Assembly: GCF_009834535.1 (NCBI RefSeq)
Contig: NC_045697.1
Location: 111,850,001 to 111,914,000 of the forward strand
Direction of reading: 5' to 3'
Length of the DNA: 64,000 nt
Origin: Camelus ferus
Taxonomy: Eukaryota
Made by a program: the position numbers and the translations under genes. The notes below the pieces were generated by a model. It was not told the DNA's origin, did not search any database, and saw only the letters and a program-made list of their open reading frames with translations. How positions within the stretch are numbered: position 1 is the stretch's first letter; each line of letters begins with the position of its first letter. Below, piece after piece: positions 26,146-39,939 of this stretch.

Positions 26146-27049
26146 TTTTTAAAGTGCATATCTTAGTGATTCTACTTCTAGACAAGTTTTGTAAGAAAGT
26201 AAGCGTACAGGTGTTCAGATGTGCATACATGTTCAATGCACCATTGTTCAGAACAGTATAAATAAGTAAATAAACATCCATCAACAGAGTCAAGTTAAAT
26301 AAAGGCTGTTCATATAATGAAAAAAAAGTCATACAAAACGACTGTTTCTGTATCTACAAATAAGTATATCTAAGTTTAGCAAGCTGTAATGAGGCAAAGT
26401 AGTAAGTGCATTCCACATGTGTTTAAATAATATGTGTATGTATCATACATATAATTTTTGTATATATAAAAGTGTTACTACAGCAGAAAAAGTGAGGGAT
26501 AAGTATAAAGTTGAAAGCTCTAACACAATTTCAATGTGAATGAAATGTGAAATCTAAAGAACTCCAAAGTGACCTGAAAGTTACTCGGGCCAGTGTCATG
26601 AGAGACCTTCTATTTAATACATGTACACACACACACACACGCACACACACACACGCTCATACACACACATACAAAGTGGCAATTGATCAGAGCCTTGATT
26701 GAGTAGGAATAAACTCGATAAAGAGAAGGGAAAAAAGAATCCTAGATCCTAGGCAGAGAAAATAAAATGTGTGAAAATTCTGAAGTGGAAAGGAATAGGA
26801 CACATTTACAAACTCACAGATAGCTACAGGGAGTCAGACAGGGGTTGGGATGAGAGAGAAATGCTTTTCCACTGTCCAGTTTTGTGAGTTACATTAAGAA
26901 TTTTATGTGAATCTCAAGTAGGATGAGAGATACCTAAAAAGTATTAAAGCAGCATGAAGCCATAAGATGAAAAATGGATAAAACAGCAAAAGTAGATACG
27001 AGGAAGTTGGTGCAAGGCAGACAGTACGTAGGTGTGGGTGGTGGGAACG

Positions 27050-27465
27050 AGATAAGTTCGGAGCTGGAAGACTGAATTTACAAACGGACAATGGCTAGAC
27101 CATATATTAAAATAGAATTCTGACCCATAAACTCTGTAACAATTGGCCCCACATGGTGAGAATTTGGTCAATAACTGTCAGCTTTACTAATATTTGCCCC
27201 TAATTCTAATTCAGGACTATCCAGAGAAAGCCATACAGGTTGCCCAAACCAATCACACAGGAAGCCCCACTTCTAGGTAACCTGCCATCAACTGTCCCTT
27301 ACCAACAACCTGTAATCAAATTAGGTTTGAAGTTTTCCTTTTTTTTCTATGTGTTTTCCCACTCTCCTGCCTCTCTTTAATCCTCTGTCAACGCAAGTGA
27401 TGGTGGTTGACTCCCTTGCTACAGCAAGCTATGAATAAATAGGCTTTGCTTGTTCTCATTTGGAT
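27050..27465 (+). mobile_element. Old ERV LTR-like fragment
   Basis: Repeated ccaatca motifs and ...gactcccttgctacagcaagctatgaataaata terminal pattern. Confidence 0.45.
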
Positions 27466-28574
27466 TTTTTTTTTTTCCTGCAGAGTATTAGCAGTGTAAA
27501 GAGGTAATTAAATCTAAAGGAATGGTTGAAATAGAGCAGGAGAGAGTAAAGAGAAACCCTAGCATGCAAGTCGTCCCAAGTAAGATTAAGCCTGCCTAGG
27601 AGCCAGAGGGTCAGCTAAGAATTTAGCAGGAAAGTTTAAGTGTGGTATCCTAGAATTTAAGAGAGGGATTTTGCAGGCTGAGTCTTCAGTTGCTAAATTC
27701 TGCTGAGAAATCAGAGGGAAGGCCAAGAAAATGAAAATGATTGGTTATTTTAAAGAAATTGTAAGACAGATGAGAGTAGGTTGAAATGTGAATGGAAAAT
27801 AATGCATCGGAGACAAGGACAGAATCCTTGAGAGCTTTGACTGAGGAGTGTGTGTGTGTGTGTGTGTTTTACTGTGTAGTCTTACCGGCATTTAAACCTG
27901 TGCTGACATGACGATCCAGAGGGCAAGAGAGAATGAAGACAACGTGTATGTGGCAGTTTTAAGATTCCTGAGAAAGTGGGAAGGGAGGGAGGGGGTCCAC
28001 GCATGGATGGAGGCATGGTCCCGCCTTCGTGGCACTCAGAGGAAGAGGGTCGGGGTGAGCAGAGTGGGAGGCGGGTGAGGTGGGATTTATACTTGGGAGC
28101 TGAGGGATATACCATGTGATGACTTGCATTTTCTCTGTGACGTGAGGCAAGGCCCTCTGCTGAAAATGAGGAAGATAAGGGTCTAAAATTTGAGGTGCGT
28201 AGAAAAAGTTAGAAGCCGTTAAAGTGAAGCGTAAGGCAAGTTGACCACAGAAATGTAGGTTTGCTAGACAGCATGGGATTGGATGAAGAATTCAAAGGGT
28301 TTCCAATCTGACTTCTTGGGTATACTCCAACAGCAGTACCATGCCTGGTTGAAGACTTCAGGATTCTTCCAGAACAGTGAGATGAAGATAGAGTGGCAGG
28401 AAACTTGTAATACTGGCAGCAATTATGGAAATAATCAGTCTTAGCAGGAGAAAAGGACCAATCAATGGTCAATGCTCTGGAAGGCTGAAGGGGCTGGAAT
28501 AGTGACAGTGGCTGACCAAGCTCCTGGCATGACCACGGATGTGCAGGTGGACATGACCATAACCATGACCCCGT

Positions 28575-28710
28575 GGAGGAGGTATATAGCTCAAGAGGCA
28601 GAGTGTATACTTAGATTGCATGAGGTCCAGAGTTCAATCCCCATTATCTCCTAAATAAATAATAAATAAATAATAAATGGAATTACCCCCCAAAAAAACC
28701 CCCCAAAAAT
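28575..28710 (+). mobile_element. tRNA-Ala-derived SINE
   Basis: ggaggaggtatatagctcaag...gaggtccagagttcaatcccca...(aaat)n...aattaccccccaaaa. Confidence 0.8.
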
Positions 28711-29347
28711 AGTCATTGAATTGTACACTTGAAATTAGTGGATTATATGATATGTAAAATATGCCTCAACAGAGGCATATGTTAAAAAAAAAGAAATGTA
28801 GAAAGCACAAGATATGTGGTTTGTATGATTAATTATTTTTTTTATAAATATTTATAAATAATCTGAGTGGTAACAAGTAAACTATCAAGGATTTTAATTG
28901 TAAATTAGCAATATTCTGAGGAATTGTAGACACGCTTACAAGATTTTGACTGTGTCTGGTGACAACTGCTTATAATTTGTTAAGATCAGGAAGTTTAGAA
29001 CTCATCTAACATTCTGATATTACTGGTATTGCGGAGGGAATTGTGGCGTTCAATACCACACATCACTATTAAAAAAAAGATACATCCAAGAATGAAATGT
29101 ACTGAAGAAGTTAATAATAGGTGATTTTGTTTTTCTCAAGGCACCTAAAAAATAAAAATAAATAAAATAAATATTCTCTTGCTCTTATCTAAGATTAATC
29201 AATTTTTCAAATATATTACTGCCCTGTAATAATATAGTTAACCTGCTATCACTATGTCACTAATTGAATACTTAACTGAGAACAAACAGAAAATTTATGC
29301 TACAAAGAAATTTTAGATTCCTGAAAATGACAGCGAACAGCTACTTT

Positions 29348-29452
29348 TTTTTTTTGGTGAGGGGAAGTAATTAGGTTTTTTTTTTTTTTTTGGAGGAGGT
29401 TCTGGGGCTTGCTAAGCATGCACTCTAACGCCTGAGCTATTCCCTTCCCCGA
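29348..29452 (-). mobile_element. tRNA-derived SINE with TSD
   Basis: gaacagctacttt duplicated at about 29335 and 29453. Confidence 0.8.
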
Positions 29453-30008
29453 GAACAGCTACTTTAAGTAAATATCTGCTGCAAAAAGAATTATTACACA
29501 CTTTGTAATGAGAAATCAGTCTCCAAAGTGAAGAAAACTCTGAAATGAGGCTTTAGTCCATCATATACATATTTTGTATAGGGGAATATACATTTATTAT
29601 AATAATATACAAAACAGCTATATTTTTATACATTTATATATTCAATATGTTATAAATATTACCATTAAGGCATTATGGTCTTTATAGAAAAGTTTTAATT
29701 CATCAGTAAATTAGGGATTTTTCTCTAACGTGGTCTTTGGATGCTGGACTATGTTTAATTGAGAAAACAGTAATTTTCTATATTTTAATTAGTTTTAAGC
29801 AAGACATCCCACAGATATTATAGTCCATGCAGGAATCCCCTATACTTAAAGCTGCTCTCAGGCTGCTCATACACCATAAGGTTATAATCTAAACTTTAGG
29901 GGCTGTCTGGTCTTCAAGGAGCCCATATTCTAGTGCTGATAAAACTTGATGAAGTAAAGTTGAGTATGATAAATGGCTTTAAAAAACCTACAGACAAAAA
30001 TGTAGTGC

Positions 30009-30125
30009 GGGGGAAGGTATAGCTCATTGATAGAGTGCGTTCAACCCCCAGTTCCTGCGTTAAAATAAACAAACAACCTAATTATGCCCCCCAAATAAAA
30101 CAACAACAACAAAAATAACAACAAA
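30009..30125 (+). mobile_element. tRNA-derived SINE (internally deleted)
   Basis: ggggaaggtatagctca...ttcaaccccagt...cctaattatgcccccc. Confidence 0.75.
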
Positions 30126-30619
30126 TAAAAATGCAGTGATTGTTGAGAGTGGAAGATTATTTTAAGCTACTTGGATCAGGGCAGGTCTCATACAGAAAAT
30201 GGAATTTGAAGAGAACCCTGGGGGAGGGGAGGGGTTTCAGCTTGGTGAGATGAGGGAAGGATTTCTGGAAGAGGAAGCACCTTCCAGAACAGCACAGACG
30301 TAGGGAATCGAGAGTTCAGTTTGACAATTAATATCAGGAAATAAAGCTGAAAATGTGTGTTGGGGCATGATGGTAGTAATTCCTGAATGCTAAGATAAAC
30401 GTTTAATTGTATTCCATTCAGCAAAATTTATGGAGTGCCTGCTGTAGCCCAGGCACCTTTTTCAGCTGAAGATACAAAGATAAATAAATACAAGCCACCA
30501 TCGAGAGTTTAGCTCAGCTACTCCATGGTATTGCTGCCAGGTGTGTGCTTTATGTGGCCCCCAGCCCCTCCTGCACATGCCCTGGAGAGCAGTGCAGGGT
30601 CACAAGCAAATGGAAGTGC

Positions 30620-31723
30620 CTGATGTGACACACCCCCTCCACAAACAGCCCTTGTGACCAAGAGTCTCCCTGCCTCCCAGGGCCTGTTTACCTAATGTGC
30701 CCCTTAGATAAGACTCCCTGGGGCTGACCAAAACCTAACTCTTTTGGTTTGAAAATGAGGGAAGGGGGCAGGGCACAGCCCTTCAAGGAATGACAGCAAT
30801 TAACACCAGGATGGTGGAGGATTCAACTCCCAGTTGGCCGTGAGGATTAAGATGGTGGGAGGTTTGACTTCTAGTAGACCTTGAGCTTCATTATATGCTC
30901 ATTGTAACATAGTAACATGGTGAATAACATGCCCACAGGCGCCATGACCGTCCCAAGACTAACCGCAAAAGGCCAAAGAATGTGTGGTGGCCCAATTCCT
31001 GGGAGTCCCAGCCCCTTTCCCAGGGTAGTTGGAATGGTCCCACCTGTAGGCGTGTGAAGCTACTGAGCCCATATAAACAGGTAACACCATGCCTGGCCTC
31101 CCTTTCTCACTCTCTCCTCTTCAGAGACAGCCCTTACTCTAAGTGTAGAAGAGAATAGCCTTTGTTTTGTTGGAGGTTCACACCGACACCATGACCTAGC
31201 CCACAGGGATGGCTTTGAGAACAAAGAACGCCTGCAGCAAGAAGGTTACAGCAACCAACCACACCCCCCCCCCTTGTTTTCTGTATAAAAGGAGCCTGTA
31301 TTCTGACTAGAGCAGAATGGTTCTCCAATACATTAGTTTGCCATCCTCTCGGTCTGCCAGCTTTCCGAATAAAGTCGCTACTCCTTGCCCCAACACCTCG
31401 TCTCCCAATTTATTGGCCTGTCATGCAGCGAGCAGAATGAGTTTGGATTCAGCAACATAAAAAGTGTGTACCTATTTTTACTTTAATGTGAGCACCCACC
31501 CACTCCCACACCTTGTGGCCTTTCTCTTGCCTTTTGAAACAGCCTGCACTCTATGCAGTATGTATCTCTCTAAATAAATCTACCTTTACTCAACGGTGGC
31601 TCACACTCGAATTCTTTCCTGCATGAAGCCAAGGACCCACACTTGGCGGGGCACATCCCAGGGGCTCAGCCAAAGCCTGGGACACGGCCCTCCTCATGCC
31701 CCACATCCGTTTTTCCTGCATCA
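30620..31723 (+). mobile_element. ERV LTR interrupted by a nested family-A LTR (31144-31457)
   Basis: Host has a TATA-like catataaa (about 31070) and AATAAA (about 31573). The nested element carries tataaaaggagcctgtattctgact...gagtttggattcagcaaca. Host boundaries approximate. Confidence 0.65.
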
Positions 31724-32743
31724 AGTTCACCAATATGGCTCCAGCCCTGGAACCCAAAGTGCTCCACCCACAGGGCCCTTATTAGGCACATACCCCAGGT
31801 CCTGGCTCTCGGTCTGCACACTGCCTTCTTCCCAGGGGGCCCCTCCAGGACATGCCGGGTACTTCCTCCAAGACCTGTAGCAAACTTCTCTATTTCAACT
31901 TACCAGCTGTTGAAAAAAGGCTTACTGTTCTGCTCCACTTCACAAATGTTAATTTAACAGTCCAGACACCTGCACTACGCCTTCAGAGAATTTTCAGGAA
32001 AGAGGGGAGGAACCCCATTAGTGGACATATGATTACCATGCAGTGAGTTCAGTACTTGCGCAGAAGTGTGCAAATGGTGCTGAGAACAAAAAATGGGCAT
32101 CTAATATTGGTAGGGGTATCAAAATCAGGGAAGGTGTCTTGACGGATGACTTGATAGTGAGGGGAGAGAGTAAGGAAAGGACCCTGCAGGCAGAAGTGTA
32201 GCTTGAGGATTGGCAAGAGGTGAAGGATGGACTGACATGAAAGTAATGGTAACCACTCTAGCTACTGTGTGTTTAGCACCTACTACGTGGTAGCTATGGC
32301 GATGATAAGGTAAACACCATTACTAGCTCCACCTCACAGACGTGGAAGGGGAGGGAGGCTTACAGAAGATAAGTGACTTACCAAGGATCAGCAGCGAGTC
32401 AGCCGTGTGGCCAGAGCTAGAATCCAGGCAGCCCAGTCTTAACTCTCATCCGCTCGGAGAGAGGGCAGGGGAGAAGAGGCGGGGCTGGGCAGGGGCATTT
32501 TGTAAGGCGGTCCTTGCTAAATGATGGGCGTTCTCACTGTCCTGAAGACCTCAGAGACAGTGGAGGATTTTAATCAAGGGATCATGATCGGATTTACAGT
32601 TTAAAAAGATCAGATGCTAAAACAAAAAAAATGGGCTTTCCAGAACCAGAGCTGGAGGCTGGAGTGATCAGGTGTGGAGGTGATGCTGGAGAGACACGAT
32701 GGCACTAAGACAGTAGTAACAGAGATGAAAAGAGGAAGCAGGG

Positions 32744-33178
32744 CCATTTGCAGCAACATGGATGCTCCTGGAGAATGTCATTCCAAGTGAAGTAAGCCAG
32801 AAAGAGAGAGAAAAATACCAGATGAGATCGCTCATATGTGGAATCTAAAAAACAAAAACAAAAAACAAACAAACAAAAACAAAGCGTAAATACGGGACAG
32901 AAATAGACTCATAGACAGAGAATACAGACTTGTGGTTGCCAGGGGGGTGGAGGGTGGGAAAGGATAGACTGGGATTTCAAAATTGTAGAATAGATAAACA
33001 AGATTACACTGTATAGCACAGGGAAATATACACAAAATGTTATGATAACTCACAGAGAAGAAAATGTGACAATGAGTGTGTATATGTCCATGAATGACTG
33101 AAAAATTGTGCTGAACACTGGAATTTGACACAACATTGTAAAATGATTATAAATCACTAAAAAATGTTAAAAAAAAAA
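32744..33178 (+). mobile_element. Young 5'-truncated LINE-1 with 16-bp TSD
   Basis: aaaagaggaagcaggg at 32728-32743 and 33179-33194; L1 3' end and A-tail lie between. Confidence 0.9.
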
Positions 33179-33606
33179 AAAAGAGGAAGCAGGGAGTCAG
33201 GTAGAAGGGACAGGAACACGGATGTTTCACTGCACAGGGCCTCATATATAGTAAACATCTAGTACATGATGGCTTTATAATTATCCTCCAGGTTTTGAGA
33301 ACATAGGAGAAATACTTGAGAGAGAGGAATTAAAGACTCTACTTTTAGGTATTCATTCAGTCACGCATCAAGTATCTCTGGAGGGCTGACGACAGAGAGT
33401 CACTGGGCACATAGATGGGATCAAAGCAAAGTTCCCGTTGTCCTGGCACTTACGTTTTAATGGAGAGAGGCAGACACGAAACAAACAAGAAAGTAAACAT
33501 ATGTTCTGTCACGTGGTGTTAGGTGTTACGGAGAAAAACAACCTAGGAAAAGGAAAACAGTATCGGGTAGGGGAAGGAACTGTTTTTTTTTTTTTTTTTT
33601 TTAAGA

Positions 33607-34183
33607 TGTTGAAGGAGGATTAATAAAGTGGCTGCATTTAGGCTAACAGATTGCTTGCCCTTAAAACGGTCGACTAATCTGACTGACCGGTTGCTGCTCA
33701 CAGTCCCAGGCCCACTGTTAAAACTAAAGCTATTGATCTTACTGCTTCTGCTTTATTCCAGTAATCAAAAGCAATACTCATACTTGGTTTCTGAATTGTT
33801 CTCAGGGAGGTCACAGAACTGTAACCTTACGAAGTAGGCCAAACACCCAGAAGACCACGCCTTGGGCGCTTGCGAGATAAAGAGATGGAAAGAGTGACAA
33901 CCGCTGGCGTCTATAGAATCGGTCACCTGGAGGCATCGTGACGCCATTCTAAGTCTTCTGCTGAGAAAATGATTGTTGATTGTTATCAGTACTTCATTGT
34001 TTGAGCTATGGCTATATAACCACCCCACCCCATCCCCAAGGAGGGTTCACAGTTTTGAAGGCACCAGCCTGCTGTGAGTCCCCTTTGCCCGGCAAAGCAA
34101 TAAAGCTGCCTCTTTTCTTCTAAGACCCAAGACCCGGACTCTGAGTTATTTGGCTTGTCAGGGACGGGGGCCATCTTTCAGCA
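33607..34183 (+). mobile_element. ERV solo LTR (family C)
   Basis: TG...CA ends, TATA (ctatataa about 34012), AATAAA about 34099, retained CpGs. Confidence 0.7.
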
Positions 34184-34224
34184 AGAATGTGACCCTTCTT
34201 TTTTTAAATTTTATGTAATCTTTT

Positions 34225-35150
34225 TAGTTTTTTTTGGGGGGGTGGTAATTAAATTTATCTTACTTTATGCTGGGGATTGAACCTAGGACCTCAAGCATGT
34301 GCTCTACCACTTGAGCTACACCCTCCCCTCCTGACCTGTATTAAGACTTTATTCTGGTACTGCTTTTTTGCCAGCAGGGAAGTCCTTCCTGATGACATCT
34401 ATGGTACTGGAACAGAGTCGAGTTACAGGAGTAGCTGTGTGGAAGCCGTGTCGGAGACATGCTCGTGCACTGTGGCCGTGGGCTTCCAGAGTCTGCAGGG
34501 CAGCAGAGGTGATGCCAGGTTGGCAGTTGAACACCCCGTACGGGTCCTAAGAGGAAAAGTATCTCTTATTCCAGAGATAGCCAGACGGAAGCATGGTGTC
34601 ACTGAAACCAGGAAAATTCATTCTATGTTTTTCTTTTTTTTTAATTAAAAAAAATTTTTAGTTTTTTTCTTTTTTGGCGGCGGGGTGGGGGGGATTAGGT
34701 TTATTTGAGGTACTGGGAATTGAACCCAGGACCTAGTGCATGCTAAGCATGCGCTCTAGCACTTTGAGCTCTACCCTCCCCCCTCATTCTACCTTTTGAC
34801 CCACAGAGACAACTGATGTGTTCACTGGATTTCAGAAGAAGGAGGTCACTAGGGAACTCTCCCTGGGAAGCAGCATGTTGGAAGACAGACGGGAGGAAAC
34901 AAGTCACCAGAGTGCACTACGGGGTCAATGGTGCACCTTTTTTCTTTTCTTTTTTTTCCTAAGATGAAATAGATCAGTTTGGGTTTGTTTTTTTGTTTTT
35001 TGTTTTATTTTTTCCTATTGTGTGTGGGTGGGGGGGTAGGTAATTAGGTTTATTTATTTATTATTATTTTTTAATGGAAGTACTGGGGATTGAACTCAGG
35101 ACCTCGTGCATGCTAAGCACATGCTCTACCACTGAGCTATCCCTCCCCCT
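34225..35150 (-). mobile_element. Cluster of three tRNA-derived SINEs (about 34225-34330, 34670-34785, 35000-35150)
   Basis: Each shows ggg(g)attgaac...gctaagca...gagct..accctccc. Confidence 0.8.
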
Positions 35151-38100
35151 GAAAGAGATCAGTTTTGACATCTTGAACATTCTGGGGAAGCGAGTCATTT
35201 CTGGATCACGGTGCTTGAGGTGTGGAGAGAGTAACCACGCCCCAGAGAGGAGTCTCTTAATGGAAGACTAGGAAGGCAAAATAGGAGAAGTGTTGCAGAT
35301 GAAGATGTTTGTAGTTTGAGGGCAGTGTCTGATTTTGAAGCTTAATTATCTCCATTTTCTCTAGGAAGAGGAATTATCTCTTGCTGTGAGTTGGATGAGG
35401 GGGTTAGAAAGTTTAAGGAAACTGGAGGTCATTAAAGGTTTGAAATACAGCTGAATGGAAATCGGAGGTGCATCAAAGAAGAGTTAACTTCCCGAGAGCC
35501 CTGCTAAAGGTGGTGATGACGTGCTCCACTGAAGTGGAGGTTCTGGGTGCAGCGTTGGCTTTCGGTTAAGCCAAAGAGGCAGAATGGAGTGAGAAGGGCC
35601 AGGACACCAGGACAGTTGAGTAAAAATTTTGGAGACAGGACAGAGGTTTGATCAGGGGGGTCAGAAGCCCATGACTGTAAGGGGGTAAGAATCAGGCAGA
35701 AAATAGACAACCAGAATCATTTACATTTGAATGGCAATCAAGGGTGATAAGAGAGTATTAACTGGTCTCAATTTAAACTCATGTATTGAAAGGTACCTTT
35801 ACCAAAAACATTTTCATAGCCGTTATCTCTGGGAAATGAAAACGAGGAATGAGGTAGGGTGACAGACTTTTACTTTGGACTTGACATTCTCCTAGACTGT
35901 TAGAAAAAAATGTCCTACCGTGAACATATATTATAATAATTATTAAAAAGCTGGAAAGAATACATGTTAGCAGAGTGTGTAGTTACCAGGAGAGCGTATT
36001 TATAAATAAAATCGAGGCTGTAGTGAGACAATACTGTTGGAACGGGACAGCATTAGCACCAAAGCCCCTACCTCATTTCCGCTCTACTTCTCACACCGAC
36101 CTATAAGCTTGGGTTTCACCCTTCTCTTGCTTTCCTTCACTCTAACCACTGAGGGCTGAAGGTGATGCCAAAATATTTGTGAGAAAAAAGAAGCACGAAG
36201 AAAATGAATTTTACACAGCATAGATTTTCTATTTAACTACCTCAATTGTTAGGAAATCTCACTGAAGATCTTTGACAAGGACTCCAGGAGAAGGAAAAAT
36301 GGACAGAGTAAAGGTAATAGGGCTTTCCCATCCTAAACCACACTAAAGGGTTAATCTGTAAAACTTCAAAGTCAACTGTTTACCTTACCTATCCTTTTAC
36401 CTTCCTTGACCCTAACTGAGTCAAGTAACTTGTGATTTTTATCTAAAGCATGAAGGAAACAGAGGGGGGCAAATGAACAGGAGGTTCTGCGCCAGAGTTC
36501 TAACACCTGCGTTTACAGTGCTTTTATCCAGTTGTCAAAGTACCTGGTCACAAGACATATTAAAAATGTGCAAGTATTTAGGACAGTGAGAATCACGCTA
36601 TCAAACCCGAAGGTAGCATTTTGCTGGCTGAGCAAGATCTTGGGAAACTATCTTAACGTTTACCTTGCACTGGCTTTTATACTATCGCTGGATTCTAAAA
36701 TGTGACTTCTACACATTCTTTAAAAAACTGTTAACTGGAATGCAGGACTGGTCTAAACACTGAGAAAATGGACGCTGTAACCTGAGCCATTCTTTAAAAG
36801 GATTACCCAACTTTTGTAAAGGATTGCTGTTCTTAACAGACTTATGTGGCTTTGACTCAAATTTCCCTTTGGTTTACAAATTTGGTTTACAGGTCAAAAT
36901 TTTCCTTAGCTTTGACAATTCAAATGTCCCTAGTCTATCTTGTTTACTGGCAGCAGAGTTTTTATGGCAGGTGGTTTGTGGAGAAAACCAATATAACCTG
37001 TGGCCGACTAAGGGCTTTTGTTCGCGTTTGTGAGGTATCTTTCCCTGCATATGCAGGAATTCCCTCGCTACTGCAAGATGCCTCTTTTGTTATCTGTGGA
37101 GGAGGGCTGGAGAAATCTTGAACTTCTCCACCCATCCTAAGCACAGATTTTTATCATTATTTACATAACAGACTGAAATGCATTATCTACACATACCAAA
37201 GGATGTTTTTCACATATAAAATCCTTTTAATGCATGTTTGAGTCCCTATTAATTGGCTTCTCAAGAACTTTTTATTGTATCTTTCTGGATTCCTCCACCA
37301 AATTTATTTTTCATGTTTTACTAGCAAAAACAAATTTGTTACAGATACAGGCATAGAGAACTTGGCTTTTTGTCTTGGTTCTCGTAATAAATGCTTATTA
37401 CTGAACTGTTCTTCCTTCATCTGCTGTCTGACGCCGGGTGTTCACTGGCTGGAAAAGCGCGTATTAAAACAGGCACAGCAATCATTCTTCCCTCTGAATG
37501 AAAAGTGCCATAAATACCCCAGTCCACAGGCCAACTCAATACGCTAATTTAGCCATTGCCTGTGTTCTGTTAACCAGTTGAAGGATATTTCTATGACTTA
37601 TTTTTTTAAAGGAAGATACATTTCATGTAAATTAAAGAGCTTAAAATCATTACAATGGAATGTCAAGTTCCTTATTTTTTAGTATGAAGTAACTTAAACA
37701 GGTGTTTGAAGTTAGTTGATTCAAGCAGTATTCCTGGTGATGGTGGTGGTGTAAAATCATTGCTTTTTCCATGAATGTTAAAAAGAGGGAAAAATGCTAT
37801 TCAGAATTTATCCTTAAAGATGCAACCATCTAGACCAATTCTATTAGTGAAGCTGGAAAGCTGCCATGTCAGTAATATTAAGTTGATTTTACATATTAAA
37901 AGAAATGTTTTCAGAAAGAATAAACTACTAAGTATTGAGGGTAATACATCATCCATTTGGTGATATTGGGCAAATGTGTCCAGAAAATTTTTAGCACACA
38001 GTGGTCTTAATGGGAAATGTGCTTGTTCTGGAAAACACAGGGAGCTAGTCAGTGTTTTCCAAAACTCATTTTTAAAGATACCTTTATAATTAAATTCTCC

Positions 38101-38402
38101 TAGTGCTTGGTTCTTCAATTACGAAAATTCTCAAGCACATACAACAGTATTAATCCTCATACAGCTATCACTCAAATTCAACAACTATCAAGATTTTCCT
38201 CATCTGTTCCATTAAATGATGAAAGCAATTCCCAAACATCATTTCATGTCACTGTTACTACGCCAGCTGTGAGTATGCGTTCCTGAAACAGACATCACTG
38301 TCAAGCCATGATCACACGTGCAAAATATGAATAAACATTCTCAGGGATATCTAATCTGGAACATTGCCCAAATGCAGTAAAACTCTTTCTATCAGAAGTA
38401 CC

Positions 38403-38491
38403 TCAGGGGAAGGGGACTCGTGAATGGAGGGGTATACATCTCCTCTGAAGACAGTTGTATCTGGGCAGCTTTCTCCTCATTGCCAAATTAG
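38403..38491 (-). CDS. APELA: APELA (ELABELA/Toddler) coding exon 2
   Basis: Acceptor ttttttcccctgcag|; encodes (A)NLAMRRKLPRYNCLQRRCIPLHSRVPFP*. The C-terminal PLHSRVPFP is the hallmark of ELABELA. Donor TGAG|gtactt. Confidence 0.97.
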
Positions 38492-39850
38492 CTGCAGGGG
38501 AAAAAAAAAAGAAAAATATGAGAAGCATTTACCAAAAATTAATGTTGTTTAATTTGGAGGATGTGAGGGAACATTCTCGATCCAAATTATACTGTGATTA
38601 TTTGCTATTTGTTCAGATGTGCAGTGATAAAACAAATTAAGGTGATGCAAATGCATGACAGGTATTCCTAACAGTTCACGTTTCTGGTATACACAGGGAT
38701 TCAGTTATATATAGAGTCCTTTTCATATTCTTTTTCATTATAGGCTATTACAAGATACTGAATATAGTTCCCCGTGCAGAGGAGAAACAGTTTGAATAGC
38801 AATTGCTGGAAACAGTAAGAAAGGATCAGATGCTTTTGGAGTTGTTAATTTGAAATTTTTTTCTTACTTATGTAAAAGGGCAGACCAGGAGCCCTTATTT
38901 GAAATAATCTCAGTGATCAAACTTCTGATTAACTAAAAGGCAGAGACTGAATATTTAATCACTTATGCACCATCTTCTGTTCTAAATGGGGAAGTATATT
39001 ATCAAGTGAATAATCTAACATATTTGGATATAAATTTTGTCACCTTTCTATTTAAATTTAGTTGGCTTTTTTCTTAGAAAACTTTATATATAGATACATA
39101 TATATATGTATATACTCTTTTTTTTAACTTGCCAGTGCTTTGAAATCTTAGATATTTAGTTTTGAAGTAAAAGCACTTTAGAATAACTTTGTTTACTAAA
39201 TTCCTGGTATTTAAGAACAACACAACTGATGGAATCCTTGAAAAATATGTCAAGTGAATTAATATTATTTATCTTGACCAAACGTGATAATACTAAAAAT
39301 GGCACCTTTTAAAGTGGCACATCTGACTATATATCTAGAAATAACAGCTGTCTTTTTACTTACAAGTATAACATACCTATGCTAGCTTTGGAATCAATTT
39401 TCTTTGAATTTAGAAAAATAGTGATAAAATATTTATCACCATTTTAAAATCTAGCTATTTTTAAAAACATGCAAATAACAGACCTACCAGGATAGACAAC
39501 AAATTTCTGAAATCCTACACACTTATCCTCAATTCTCCGAAGCACACCTAAGTGGTTTTTTAAAGTTGAAGTACAGTTACAATGTGTCAATTTCCGTGTA
39601 CACCATAATGTCTGTCATACATATACATATATATATTCGTTTTCATATCCTTTTTCATTATAGACTACTACGAGATACTGAATGTAGTTTATTTTATATA
39701 TAGTAGGTAGTATCTGCAAATCTCGAACTCCCAATTGATCCCTTCCCACCCCAAGTGATTTTCAATACAAACACAGTCGTGCTCGGAGGCCCATGGGCAC
39801 AAACAGGCATAAAAAACAATTTACTCGGTACAAAAGTGTCAAAGTCCTAC

Positions 39851-39926
39851 CTGCTCTCTGTCCGTGGATAAGGAGAGGACTCATCATAAAGATTAAAAAA
39901 AGGAAAAAGAATTGTTGAAGTCTCAT
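39851..39926 (-). CDS. APELA: APELA coding exon 1 (signal peptide)
   Basis: ATG at 39926: MRLQQFFFLFLIFMMSPLLIHGQRA plus 1 nt, donor CAG|gtagga. 76 + 89 nt = 165 nt = 54 aa plus stop, phase-consistent with exon 2. Confidence 0.97.
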
Positions 39927-39939
39927 TTTTCTGCCACAC

